Below, in pieces: positions 17,088 to 25,357 of a stretch of 37,879 bases of DNA. How positions within the stretch are numbered: position 1 is the stretch's first letter; each line of letters begins with the position of its first letter. A program made the translations under genes and the position numbers. This stretch comes from a virus, in the IMG/VR virus record IMGVR_UViG_3300012664_000059, positions 1 to 37,879 of that record; one strand, written 5' to 3'. The notes below the pieces were generated by a model. That model made no database searches, was not told the DNA's origin, and saw only the letters and a list, made by a program, of their open reading frames with translations.

Positions 17088-19978
17088 GATGTGATCCCTT
17101 GCAGTTCAGTGTTGGCGAGGCGGCGGGGGTAGTAGGCAATCCGTTGGATATGCTCTGTACCCGCGATGGTTCCTTGCCTCACCTGTCCAATATAGAGTGC
17201 ATCCACAACAGGCAGCACTACGGTTGCGTCAGTTTGAACAGCGGCTCCACCTATGGAAAACGCAGCGTTGTTGGTCGCATACGCCAAACCCATTTTGTAG
17301 GTTTGATTGTTTGCCGTAGCCGCACCAAAAATTGCCTGAGTCACATCACCGCTACGAATAATACTGGCGGAAGCATTCAAGTCTGCCTGCAAGCCAATTC
17401 CTATTGCGTTTGCACTGGTTGAACGAACAGTAGCAATACCGTACGCAGTAGAAGCAGGGATGAATGCAGAACTTGCTTGACCAAACAACGTCCCCTCTGT
17501 CTGGTTGTACCACCGAGCAAAGTTATTCCCGATCATCGAGGCACTGTCAGCAGCCCGAGTGACTTGGGAGGCCACTGTGGGGATGTAGCTGGTGGCAAAT
17601 GCTCCGGCTTCCAGTTGAGCGCCCCAGACGTAGATACCGCTGGTTCCATCGCCTGACGAAAAAGATCCGTCAACATTGGTCTGGAAAATAATACTAAACC
17701 AAGGAACTGCTGTTGCTGTAAATGTAATTGAACAACGATACCATCCATTACCAACAGAAGATATCTGCCCGGTGAAACCAGCATTTACAGTGCCTACAAC
17801 CCCAGTTGTTAAGTTAAACCAAACGCCTGCGTTCCCGACTAACGTGGCTCCTAACATAAGCCAAGACCATTCCCCTGCTTTTGCGTAGACAGTTTGGGTA
17901 TAAGAAGAGGCGGTGAGTGTTGTTGACCTGAATAAATTTCCGGAAACGCCGGAATTGGAAACTAATTTGTCGCCTGTAATTGTCCCGTCAGGGGCAGCTA
18001 AAGCGTTAGCTACCACTACACAAGTTTGCTTAGTCCAAGCCGCATTGTCAAACTGCTCACTGTAAGTCACCAAGTTCGTCCGCTGCTCCTCGATCAGCAA
18101 GCCCTTGGGAGCCAGCGTCACAGGGTCATAGTCAAACCGTGGACCGTAGTAGGCCGTAGACGTTGGAGCCGCCACAGGCTGGTAGACGTAGGGATCAACA
18201 GAGGCAGAGTCGGACAGTTGAGCACCGAAGATGTAGATGCCACTGGTGCCGTCGCCGGTGTAGTTGAACGTGTTGTTTGCTGTCGAAAATCCAATGCAGA
18301 CGTTGTTTGTTGGGGCCGCGCTATAAGTTGCAACGCACCGATACCAACCGCTTCCAACTGGAGTAATGGAATACGAAGTAGGGCCAGCCGATTGGGTGCC
18401 TCCTATCACGCCGTCTGCAAGGTTGAACCAAGCAACAGAGTTGTTAACCCCAAGCAGAAAGACCATTGCAAACGTGCGTTCCCCAGCTTTTGCGTAAAAA
18501 GAGATAGTTGCTGGCCCTGTTACGGCTGCGTGAGTTCCTTGTGCGTACCGGGCAGCGTTAGCAGTGTTCTCCACCAACTTCTGAGCAAACGGTTGACCGT
18601 AGATGTCGGTGTAGCCCACAGCAGCGGCAGCAGCGTAGGTGGCTTTGTAGTCACCAGCAGATGTGCCTTGGACTAACTGTGCGCCCCAGAACAACGCTCC
18701 AGAAGTACCATCTCCAGCGTATTGAGCGCCGTAAGTGTCTAGCGTTACACCGCTGTTTGGATAACCAACAACAGACGGGGTTCTTCCGCCAGATGCGTTG
18801 GCGGTAAAAGTCAGTGAGCAGCGATACCAGCCGCCACCCACATTCGTGATGCTGGCAGACAGCCCTGTAAATCCCCCACTGGGTGTGCCTGCCGTTCCTG
18901 CTGTAAGGTCAAAGGCGCAAGCAAACGAGCCAGCGTTGGCATCACTGAGATACACTTTTGTGTATTCGGATGATTTTGCAAACACTGAAAACGTGTAGGT
19001 CACTCCAGACACAAAGCTGCTAAACGACTGCCTGACCCAACGGTATGTGCTTGCTGTTGCCGTTGCCACAGCTTTTTCTGCCGTGGTTGTTCCATCAGGA
19101 GCAACTTCGGTATTTGCAGTCACCGTTGTAGCAGTTTTCGTCCAAGCAGCATCATCGAAATTCTGCGAATACGTCAGCAAGTTCGTCTGCACAAACGCAT
19201 TACTCTTAGTCCACGCAGCGTTGTCAAAGTTCTCGGTGAAGCCCAGCAGGTTCTTGACCGTGGTGGGGTTGTACGTGGTGGCTGTAGAGCCTACTTCGAG
19301 TTGAGCGCCCCAGACGTAAATGCCAGAGGTAGCGTTGCCCGCAAACGTAATAACGTTGTTGGCGTTTTGCACATACAACCCAATACCGGAACCAGCAGAG
19401 GCCGTGGTGGCGACCGTGCATCTGTACCATCCGTTACCGGCGGGGGTAATGGTGGCAGTAGCGTTGCTCCCTATTGTTCCTAGAACGCCGGTTGCTAAGT
19501 TGAAGTTGGCACCGTTATTTGTTGAGTTTGTATCACCCATAAACAGCCACGAATACTCACCTGCTTTTGCGTACACAGACAGCGTAACTGCGCCTGAACT
19601 TACGACTGACTGCTTGAAAACAACGTGTACGCTGTTAACCGCTGTCGTGAGAATTTTGTCTGCGGTAAATGTTCCGTCAGGCGCGGCAATTTGATTCGCA
19701 GAAACCGTGGCTTCTATCTTTCCCCAGTACGAATTATCAAACTGCTCCGAGAACGTCAGCAGGTTCATCGGTGCATTGGCAACCAAGCCAGCCGAGTTCG
19801 TCAGCGTGGCGTTGGTGGTGCGGCTGAAGGTGATTGCCGGGCTCAGTGCATCAGAGCCAGCAAACGACAGGTCCAGTGATGGGGCGAGGCGATAACTCAG
19901 TGGGGTGTTGGTCAAAGAGGGCACAGTGCCCAGACCAAGACCAACCCCGTTTCGCAAGGAAACTCCAAAATAGCTCAT
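17084..19978 (-). CDS. Fibre-like protein (964 aa) with four tandem lectin/jelly-roll-like repeats
   Basis: Four repeat units each start (F/Y)(S/T)E(Q/N)FDNAAW(T/G)K..., contain APDGT.TA(D/E)K and G.GWYRC, and end GIY(V/I)(W/F)GAQLE.G. The C-terminus ends IQRIAYYPRRLANTELQGITS. Confidence 0.6.
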   Translation of the reverse strand: MSYFGVSLRNGVGLGLGTVPSLTNTPLSYRLAPSLDLSFAGSDALSPAITFSRTTNATLTNSAGLVANAPMNLLTFSEQFDNSYWGKIEATVSANQIAAPDGTFTADKILTTAVNSVHVVFKQSVVSSGAVTLSVYAKAGEYSWLFMGDTNSTNNGANFNLATGVLGTIGSNATATITPAGNGWYRCTVATTASAGSGIGLYVQNANNVITFAGNATSGIYVWGAQLEVGSTATTYNPTTVKNLLGFTENFDNAAWTKSNAFVQTNLLTYSQNFDDAAWTKTATTVTANTEVAPDGTTTAEKAVATATASTYRWVRQSFSSFVSGVTYTFSVFAKSSEYTKVYLSDANAGSFACAFDLTAGTAGTPSGGFTGLSASITNVGGGWYRCSLTFTANASGGRTPSVVGYPNSGVTLDTYGAQYAGDGTSGALFWGAQLVQGTSAGDYKATYAAAAAVGYTDIYGQPFAQKLVENTANAARYAQGTHAAVTGPATISFYAKAGERTFAMVFLLGVNNSVAWFNLADGVIGGTQSAGPTSYSITPVGSGWYRCVATYSAAPTNNVCIGFSTANNTFNYTGDGTSGIYIFGAQLSDSASVDPYVYQPVAAPTSTAYYGPRFDYDPVTLAPKGLLIEEQRTNLVTYSEQFDNAAWTKQTCVVVANALAAPDGTITGDKLVSNSGVSGNLFRSTTLTASSYTQTVYAKAGEWSWLMLGATLVGNAGVWFNLTTGVVGTVNAGFTGQISSVGNGWYRCSITFTATAVPWFSIIFQTNVDGSFSSGDGTSGIYVWGAQLEAGAFATSYIPTVASQVTRAADSASMIGNNFARWYNQTEGTLFGQASSAFIPASTAYGIATVRSTSANAIGIGLQADLNASASIIRSGDVTQAIFGAATANNQTYKMGLAYATNNAAFSIGGAAVQTDATVVLPVVDALYIGQVRQGTIAGTEHIQRIAYYPRRLANTELQGITS

Positions 19979-19996
19979 GCCCGCCCCTTCGGTGGA

Positions 19997-20299
19997 TTAC
20001 TGAATGTTGATCGGCTTGGCGTACAAGTTGCCGCCAGCAGAGATCTGAATTGCGCTCACGCGCCATGTGCCACCACCGCCTTGAGGCACCTTGAACGGGA
20101 TCGGGGTAAACGGAGGGATTGGAGTGGCCGAAGTGGTGGCCGTGACGCCCTCACCAACGATCACGTAGCAAGCCTGGTCAGCCCAGACCACCACACCTTG
20201 CGGGCCAGCAGGCCAAACGCCCGTAGAGCCAGCGGTGCCGGTAAAAGCCACAGTGCGGGCGGGGAAGTTGGCATCTGCCAGAGGATTTAAGAATTCCAT
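19997..20299 (-). CDS. Hypothetical protein (100 aa)
   Basis: ORF in the operon context between the Dps-like and repeat-protein genes. Confidence 0.45.
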   Translation of the reverse strand: MEFLNPLADANFPARTVAFTGTAGSTGVWPAGPQGVVVWADQACYVIVGEGVTATTSATPIPPFTPIPFKVPQGGGGTWRVSAIQISAGGNLYAKPINIQ

Positions 20300-20318
20300 G
20301 ATTGGTTCCTTTTTGGCA

Positions 20319-20681
20319 TTATGCCAAGAATTTCAACTTATACAGAGTGGACAAATACAACCCGACGATCTCATCAATGATGTTCTGAATCGGGGTGTCG
20401 GTTTTCTCGCAGACCTCGTAACGGGCTTCCTCAACCTCGGTCATGGCAGCTTGCAAGAACTCGACAATGTTGGTGGTCTTTTTGGCAACAGGCACGACAA
20501 TCGGCCCGATCAGGCCGTGCCGCCCTTGGTACGCCTCGGCAAACTTGTCAGTCAGGTCCACGATCTCGTCGTAGAACGTCTGCAAGGCCGAGTGCTTGGC
20601 AAAGCTGCGGGTGTTCAAATGCACCGAGTGCGCCACGTTTCGGCTCAGGAACAGGTGGCCAACGAGTTGTGAGGCGTTCAT
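20319..20681 (-). CDS. Dps/ferritin-like four-helix-bundle protein (120 aa)
   Basis: VAHSVHLNTRSFAKHSALQTFYDEIVDLTDKFAEAY resembles the Dps HWNV..F..LH..F.E motif. ATGA overlap with the portal stop. Confidence 0.4.
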   Translation of the reverse strand: MNASQLVGHLFLSRNVAHSVHLNTRSFAKHSALQTFYDEIVDLTDKFAEAYQGRHGLIGPIVVPVAKKTTNIVEFLQAAMTEVEEARYEVCEKTDTPIQNIIDEIVGLYLSTLYKLKFLA

Positions 20682-22876
20682 TGCGGCATTCCTTGTGGTT
20701 CCATGGGCTGCGGCATCTCGGGCATACCCTCCATGCCAATGTCCATCTCTTGGCCAGGCATCTCAGGGATGCCGGTCAACTGACCGTTTGACTCCATGGC
20801 AGCAGCCACCACGCCCATGGCGATGTCTTGGATCTGCTGCTCGTTCATGCCAGCTTGTGTGGCCGTGATGCGCTGAGTCTCGGCCTGATACGCCTTGATC
20901 TCGGCCTCGTAGTCCTTGCGGCGCTGCTCTTGCACTTCAATCGACTTGCCCACGTTCTGGATCATCTGGTGCATCTGCTCCATCTCCGCGCCCATGGCTT
21001 GGATTTGCTGCTCTGCGGCCTGCAACTCTGGCGACTTGTCGTCATCAGACATGATCTTCGGATCGATGGTCTTGGCAAAGCGCTTGGACATCTCCTGCGC
21101 ACCTGGCCAGTCCATGTTCTTGACAAACAGGTCACCGGCCACTTGCCACAGTTGGGGATTACCCTGCAACAGTTGAGCCATGGCCTCCAGTGCCTCTTGG
21201 CGCTTGGTGGCATAGCCTGGACCAGTCACAGCCACAACATCGTACTTGCCGACACTGGGGTTGTAGATCTTCTCAACCACGACGCCGTTCTCGTCCATAA
21301 TCTTGTTGATCGGCTCTTGCTGGTCAGGGTTAATCTTGACCATCTTTGTCTCGCCGTCCTCACCAATGATCCGAGCGATGCGCTGGGTATCGTAGATTTT
21401 GGGGATCAGGTCGATCAGTTGACGTGCAATGTGACGCACACCACGGGCCAAGTTGTCGCCGTAGTGGTACGTGCCCACATCGCCTTCGCGCTGGCGGGCC
21501 AAGATCGCCTTGCCAGAGCGCTCGTTGGAGCCCATGCCCAGCGATGCGTTGTATTGGCCGGTCGTGGCCTTGATGTCCTCTGCCGCGCCCGATTTGGCTT
21601 GCAGGAGGCCAGAAGACGCCATTGGCGGCTGCGCACGCTGTGGCAAAGGCAACACACTGCCTGAGCCGTCTGTAACGTCAGGGTTGACCTCAAGGTACGG
21701 CCAGTTTTGGGTGTTGGCGGTCTTCCACTTTTCCTCGTAGCCCTCGAACTGGCCACCATAGCCAATGAACGGAGCCTTGGGTGCCAAAGCCAGCATCTCG
21801 GCTTCTTGCGACACCCAAAAATTGTACATACGCTGCGCATCCTTGGCGTTGCGCACCAAGCCAGACACGTACAGACGGCCATCGACCTCAAACTCGTTGC
21901 CGACAATCCGGATCACGGGAATCCACTTGCCTGCCCACTCGCGTTCTTCGAGGATCTCGTAACCGTTGATCTTGCAATACTTGACCTTGGGGCGGTCCGA
22001 CTCGCGGGTGCGTTTGGGCTTGCCGTACACAGCACGCAACTCTTTGTCCTCGGGTGTGCCCTCAAACGCTGTTGCGTTGCCAGGGTACAGGTTCAGCGTT
22101 GCGCGGTCGTAGTCAATGTAGTAATAGTCCGCGATGCGGATCGTGTCTTCATTGAGCCAGTTGGAGATCGACTGATCACCCACACCCAGCGACTGGAGGG
22201 TGGTAATCGGCGCTGCATCGGGGTACATGCGCTCGTAGTCTTCTTTGGTCACGTCCTCGGTGATAAAGCACCACTTGGCGTCTGCGCCAGTGGGGTCTTG
22301 GATCGTGGGGTCCATGTAGACCGAAAAACTGTTGCGGATGCGGCCAATTTTGATGTCTTGGTCAAACGTGTCTTCGTCGCAATACTCGGTCAGCAAACGG
22401 ATGTAGCCTTCGCCGTAGGTGACTTGATTCTCGCAGGCGGTGTCGTAGGCCACGTCAGCGTCTGAGATGTACTCGATGTGACGGATCATGCCGTTGAACA
22501 CATCAGCCACCTGCACATCGGCTTTGTCGTCCACGGGAATCACTTTAGCCCCTGGGCGGTTTTGACGCTGGTCGTTGGTGACTTGGCGTACGTGCTGGGG
22601 CAGCTTGTTGATGGTCAGCGTTGGGCGGGCGTTGATGGTCTGACCTTGGACCGCGCCACGGGTTGCCAGCACATCGGCTGGCCATTGCCATTGATTGTCA
22701 GGACTGCCAGCGTAGAACTTCAGGTCGTCAATCTCATCTTCACGCGATTCGGACAGCGCCGACATGGCCAAATCAAGGCGCGAGCGGGCTTGCGCCAAAA
22801 TGCCTGACTTGGTTTTGTCGGGCTTGCCGCCTTGGGCAACATAACCTGCGGCGGCGATGCCGGTCTGATCAGCCAT
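20678..22876 (-). CDS. Portal protein, P22-type (732 aa)
   Basis: The N-terminal third (DDLKFYAGS..W ... VRQVTNDQRQNRPGAKVIPVDDKADVQVADVFNGMIRHIEY ... GEGYIRLLTEY) parallels P22 gp1. Long helical Gln/Met-rich C-terminal barrel. Confidence 0.85.
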   Translation of the reverse strand: MADQTGIAAAGYVAQGGKPDKTKSGILAQARSRLDLAMSALSESREDEIDDLKFYAGSPDNQWQWPADVLATRGAVQGQTINARPTLTINKLPQHVRQVTNDQRQNRPGAKVIPVDDKADVQVADVFNGMIRHIEYISDADVAYDTACENQVTYGEGYIRLLTEYCDEDTFDQDIKIGRIRNSFSVYMDPTIQDPTGADAKWCFITEDVTKEDYERMYPDAAPITTLQSLGVGDQSISNWLNEDTIRIADYYYIDYDRATLNLYPGNATAFEGTPEDKELRAVYGKPKRTRESDRPKVKYCKINGYEILEEREWAGKWIPVIRIVGNEFEVDGRLYVSGLVRNAKDAQRMYNFWVSQEAEMLALAPKAPFIGYGGQFEGYEEKWKTANTQNWPYLEVNPDVTDGSGSVLPLPQRAQPPMASSGLLQAKSGAAEDIKATTGQYNASLGMGSNERSGKAILARQREGDVGTYHYGDNLARGVRHIARQLIDLIPKIYDTQRIARIIGEDGETKMVKINPDQQEPINKIMDENGVVVEKIYNPSVGKYDVVAVTGPGYATKRQEALEAMAQLLQGNPQLWQVAGDLFVKNMDWPGAQEMSKRFAKTIDPKIMSDDDKSPELQAAEQQIQAMGAEMEQMHQMIQNVGKSIEVQEQRRKDYEAEIKAYQAETQRITATQAGMNEQQIQDIAMGVVAAAMESNGQLTGIPEMPGQEMDIGMEGMPEMPQPMEPQGMPQ

Positions 22877-23111
22877 TGAGGACTCCTAATACGTGAGGTT
22901 CGCGCATGACGACATATTCTTTGCCGTTATGCTTGAATTCCTGCCCCACGCCAAAATAAAGATGGTCCCCGACCTTCAATTCCTTGCAGTCAGGGCCAGC
23001 GGACACGACTATACCCGTTTCCTGCTTTTCTGTCGAAAGTAGCTCAAACATGGCGTGTTTTTCGACATCCACCTCGATGATGAGGCAGTTTTGCATCGCT
23101 TTAAGCGTCAT
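22869..23111 (-). CDS. GroES-like co-chaperonin (80 aa)
   Basis: The pattern LIIEV...ETGIVVSAG...LKVGDHLYFG....F..NGKEYVVMRE..VLGVL matches the Cpn10 fold pattern (rvlVk....t.gGIvlp....v.vGD.V.f........g.eyli..e.dIlav). Confidence 0.55.
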   Translation of the reverse strand: MTLKAMQNCLIIEVDVEKHAMFELLSTEKQETGIVVSAGPDCKELKVGDHLYFGVGQEFKHNGKEYVVMREPHVLGVLNG

Positions 23112-23697
23112 ATCGGTTACTTTTTTTCAAGTTGTCAATGGCGGGTATCACTTGCAGATTGTACGGCGTATGCAAACCCGAAACAAATTCACCCCGCAAA
23201 GGAATGATGTGGTCAACGTGCCAAGCAATGCCGGTGGCCTTGGTTCTTAATTTTGCCAGCATGTACGCCTCACGCATCATCCAGAAATCGTCTTTTATCA
23301 ACCATTTAGGAGTGCGTTGTAGCATGTCAGCTCTGCGTTTGGCTTTCAGTGACGCCATAGTCTCACGATTTTCAGAACGCCATTTGCTACTCAACTTATT
23401 ACGTTTTTCACGGTTTTTTTCGTTCCATTCACGTTGGGTTTCCGCACATTTTTCACGGTTGTTTTCGCGCCAAACTTTGGTGCTTGCGGCATGAGCAACT
23501 GCATACTTTTCAGAATATTTTTTTAATTTTTCTGGATTCTGAGCTTTCCACTGAACCAAATACTTGGCGTGTTTTTCATAATGGCACGTTACACACGTCC
23601 AATTTTTGACGTACCTGTGTGCAATGTGCCCGTGAACGCAAGGTTTGCCAGTCCAATATGTTGACAAACCTGCCGCAAGTGCATCTGCTCTAGTCAT
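23101..23697 (-). CDS. HNH endonuclease (198 aa) immediately downstream of terL
   Basis: WHVDHIIPLRGEFVSGLHTPYNLQVIPAIDNLKKSN HNH motif, an N-terminal CxxH/CxxC zinc knuckle and WRENNREK-type basic repeats. Start at 23697 shares one nt with the terL stop (TGATG). Confidence 0.8.
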   Translation of the reverse strand: MTRADALAAGLSTYWTGKPCVHGHIAHRYVKNWTCVTCHYEKHAKYLVQWKAQNPEKLKKYSEKYAVAHAASTKVWRENNREKCAETQREWNEKNREKRNKLSSKWRSENRETMASLKAKRRADMLQRTPKWLIKDDFWMMREAYMLAKLRTKATGIAWHVDHIIPLRGEFVSGLHTPYNLQVIPAIDNLKKSNRYDA

Positions 23698-25223
23698 CAA
23701 TGCGCCATCCATCCAGTTGCAACAGAGCTTCGGTCAGAGATTGACCGGCGCATTTTAGGCTCCCTTGACTCCCTATGAGCCACAGGAAATGCAAAAGTTA
23801 CAGCCAGTGCGTCAGCGGCGTCTGGTGAAGCAAGACCTCTTGACTTCATGTCTTTTTTAGACTCCAAGAAAATTGTGCCACGTGAATCAGGCTTGATCAT
23901 AGGTGAAGTCAGGTCTGTTTTTAAAAACCTGTCTTTTGGGATGCTCGCCGTGCGAAGCCAATCCTTCATATCACCCCACATTTGCGCCCTCATATTACCG
24001 TACATGATCGGGTTTTTGGACTTGTTGCCAAAGTTGACTCCCTTGATCTTGTAGCGCTGCTCTTTCAAGCGGTCAACAATGCCAGCACCAAGACCTCCTT
24101 CGTCGATGACCACCAAAGCAGGCTTGAATTCTTCGATGGCCTCAATGATGTGGCCCACCACCGTCATGGTGTCGTCTCCTCGATGTCGGTCAATGCGGAC
24201 AATGTCACGTCCTTGACGGATCGCAATCACCGTGGCATCGGCTCCAAACCTGGCGGGGTCAACTCCAATGATGATGGGGGCTGTCTGGTCCTTGTACTTG
24301 GCCCTGCTCATGGCCTCATCCACAATATTTGACGGAATAAACTGGTCATCCCCAGCATTGGGGAACATCCCATAAACCTCAACGTGGGCTTGGGAGCTGT
24401 CAGGGCCATATTCGTCGATGATGTTCTGGTACACAGCCTTGTCTGTGCCTTCCACCGTGCGGGCGTCCACAATTTTGTTGCTCCAAAAGTCTCGTTTTGA
24501 GTTGAAGCACTCGTAGAAATACCCAGTGTTGCGGCGAGGGTTAGAAAAAGCCAGCCACAGACGGTTTGGGGTGTTCTCGGTGAAGAAACCAGCCGTCACA
24601 GCCCAGATTGAGTCATCAATACCACTGGCTTCGTCAAAGATCACCATCACACCATCAAAGTTGTGGACTCCGGCATAGGCATCTGGGTTTTCGGCTGACC
24701 AAAGACGGCCCTCGACGGACCAATAACGGGTGCCTTTTTTCAGATCTTTTTCCACCAACTCGGTAAGCCAGTTGGCAGGGGTGATCTTGGTCGCGGCAAC
24801 CTCAAACCAATGGCTGTTCATGCTCATGGCCAACCATTTCGTGATCTCAGCCCATGTCACTGCTCGGAGCTGGGCTTCGCTGTTGGCAGAGATGATCGTC
24901 GTCGAGCCTATGCGTGTGGAAAGCATCCAGATGGTCAGCCAAGAAACCAGTGCAGACTTACCAATGCCTCGTCCGGAGGAGACTGCGTGGCGCAGGGTCT
25001 CAAAGTCAATCAAACCCTTTTGGCGTTTGATGTGCGCTGCGATTTCTCTGAGCACCTCTCGTTGCCATTTTCGTGGTCCCTTGAAGTTCGCCAGCGGCGT
25101 GTTCTCTTGGCCCCAAGGAAAAGCAAACAAGACAAAAGCCTCTGGGTCATCAGCGATCGCCGGCGTCCACAGCGTGGCCATTAACTCCTGTTCGTCTTCG
25201 GGTTTGTAGATGGTGGTTTGCAT
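23697..25223 (-). CDS. terL: Terminase large subunit (508 aa)
   Basis: Walker A SSGRGIGKSAL, Walker B VMVIFDEASGI, and nuclease motifs IIGVDPARFGADATV and VVIDEGGLGAGIVDRL. Start set at MQTTIYKP (25223), coupled by TGATG to the upstream small ORF. Confidence 0.85.
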   Translation of the reverse strand: MQTTIYKPEDEQELMATLWTPAIADDPEAFVLFAFPWGQENTPLANFKGPRKWQREVLREIAAHIKRQKGLIDFETLRHAVSSGRGIGKSALVSWLTIWMLSTRIGSTTIISANSEAQLRAVTWAEITKWLAMSMNSHWFEVAATKITPANWLTELVEKDLKKGTRYWSVEGRLWSAENPDAYAGVHNFDGVMVIFDEASGIDDSIWAVTAGFFTENTPNRLWLAFSNPRRNTGYFYECFNSKRDFWSNKIVDARTVEGTDKAVYQNIIDEYGPDSSQAHVEVYGMFPNAGDDQFIPSNIVDEAMSRAKYKDQTAPIIIGVDPARFGADATVIAIRQGRDIVRIDRHRGDDTMTVVGHIIEAIEEFKPALVVIDEGGLGAGIVDRLKEQRYKIKGVNFGNKSKNPIMYGNMRAQMWGDMKDWLRTASIPKDRFLKTDLTSPMIKPDSRGTIFLESKKDMKSRGLASPDAADALAVTFAFPVAHRESREPKMRRSISDRSSVATGWMAH

Positions 25224-25357
25224 CAGGCAGTCTGCTCTTTGAGGCTGTCCATCGCGGCTTGCCATGCGGCAGCCCAAACCTCTTTTGACCAACCGCCATC
25301 ATCTTCGCAAGAAACAGCGCCAATAAACTCAGAAAATTTTTTGTCTTGTTCGGTCAT
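25223..25357 (-). CDS. Small ORF (44 aa), translationally coupled between the 516-aa gene and terL
   Basis: Hand translation gives MTEQDKKFSEFIGAVSCEDDGGWSKEVWAAAWQAAMDSLKEQTA. Its ATG overlaps the upstream stop (ATGA) and its stop overlaps the terL ATG. It is below the ORF-track size cutoff. Confidence 0.4.
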   Translation of the reverse strand: MTEQDKKFSEFIGAVSCEDDGGWSKEVWAAAWQAAMDSLKEQTA

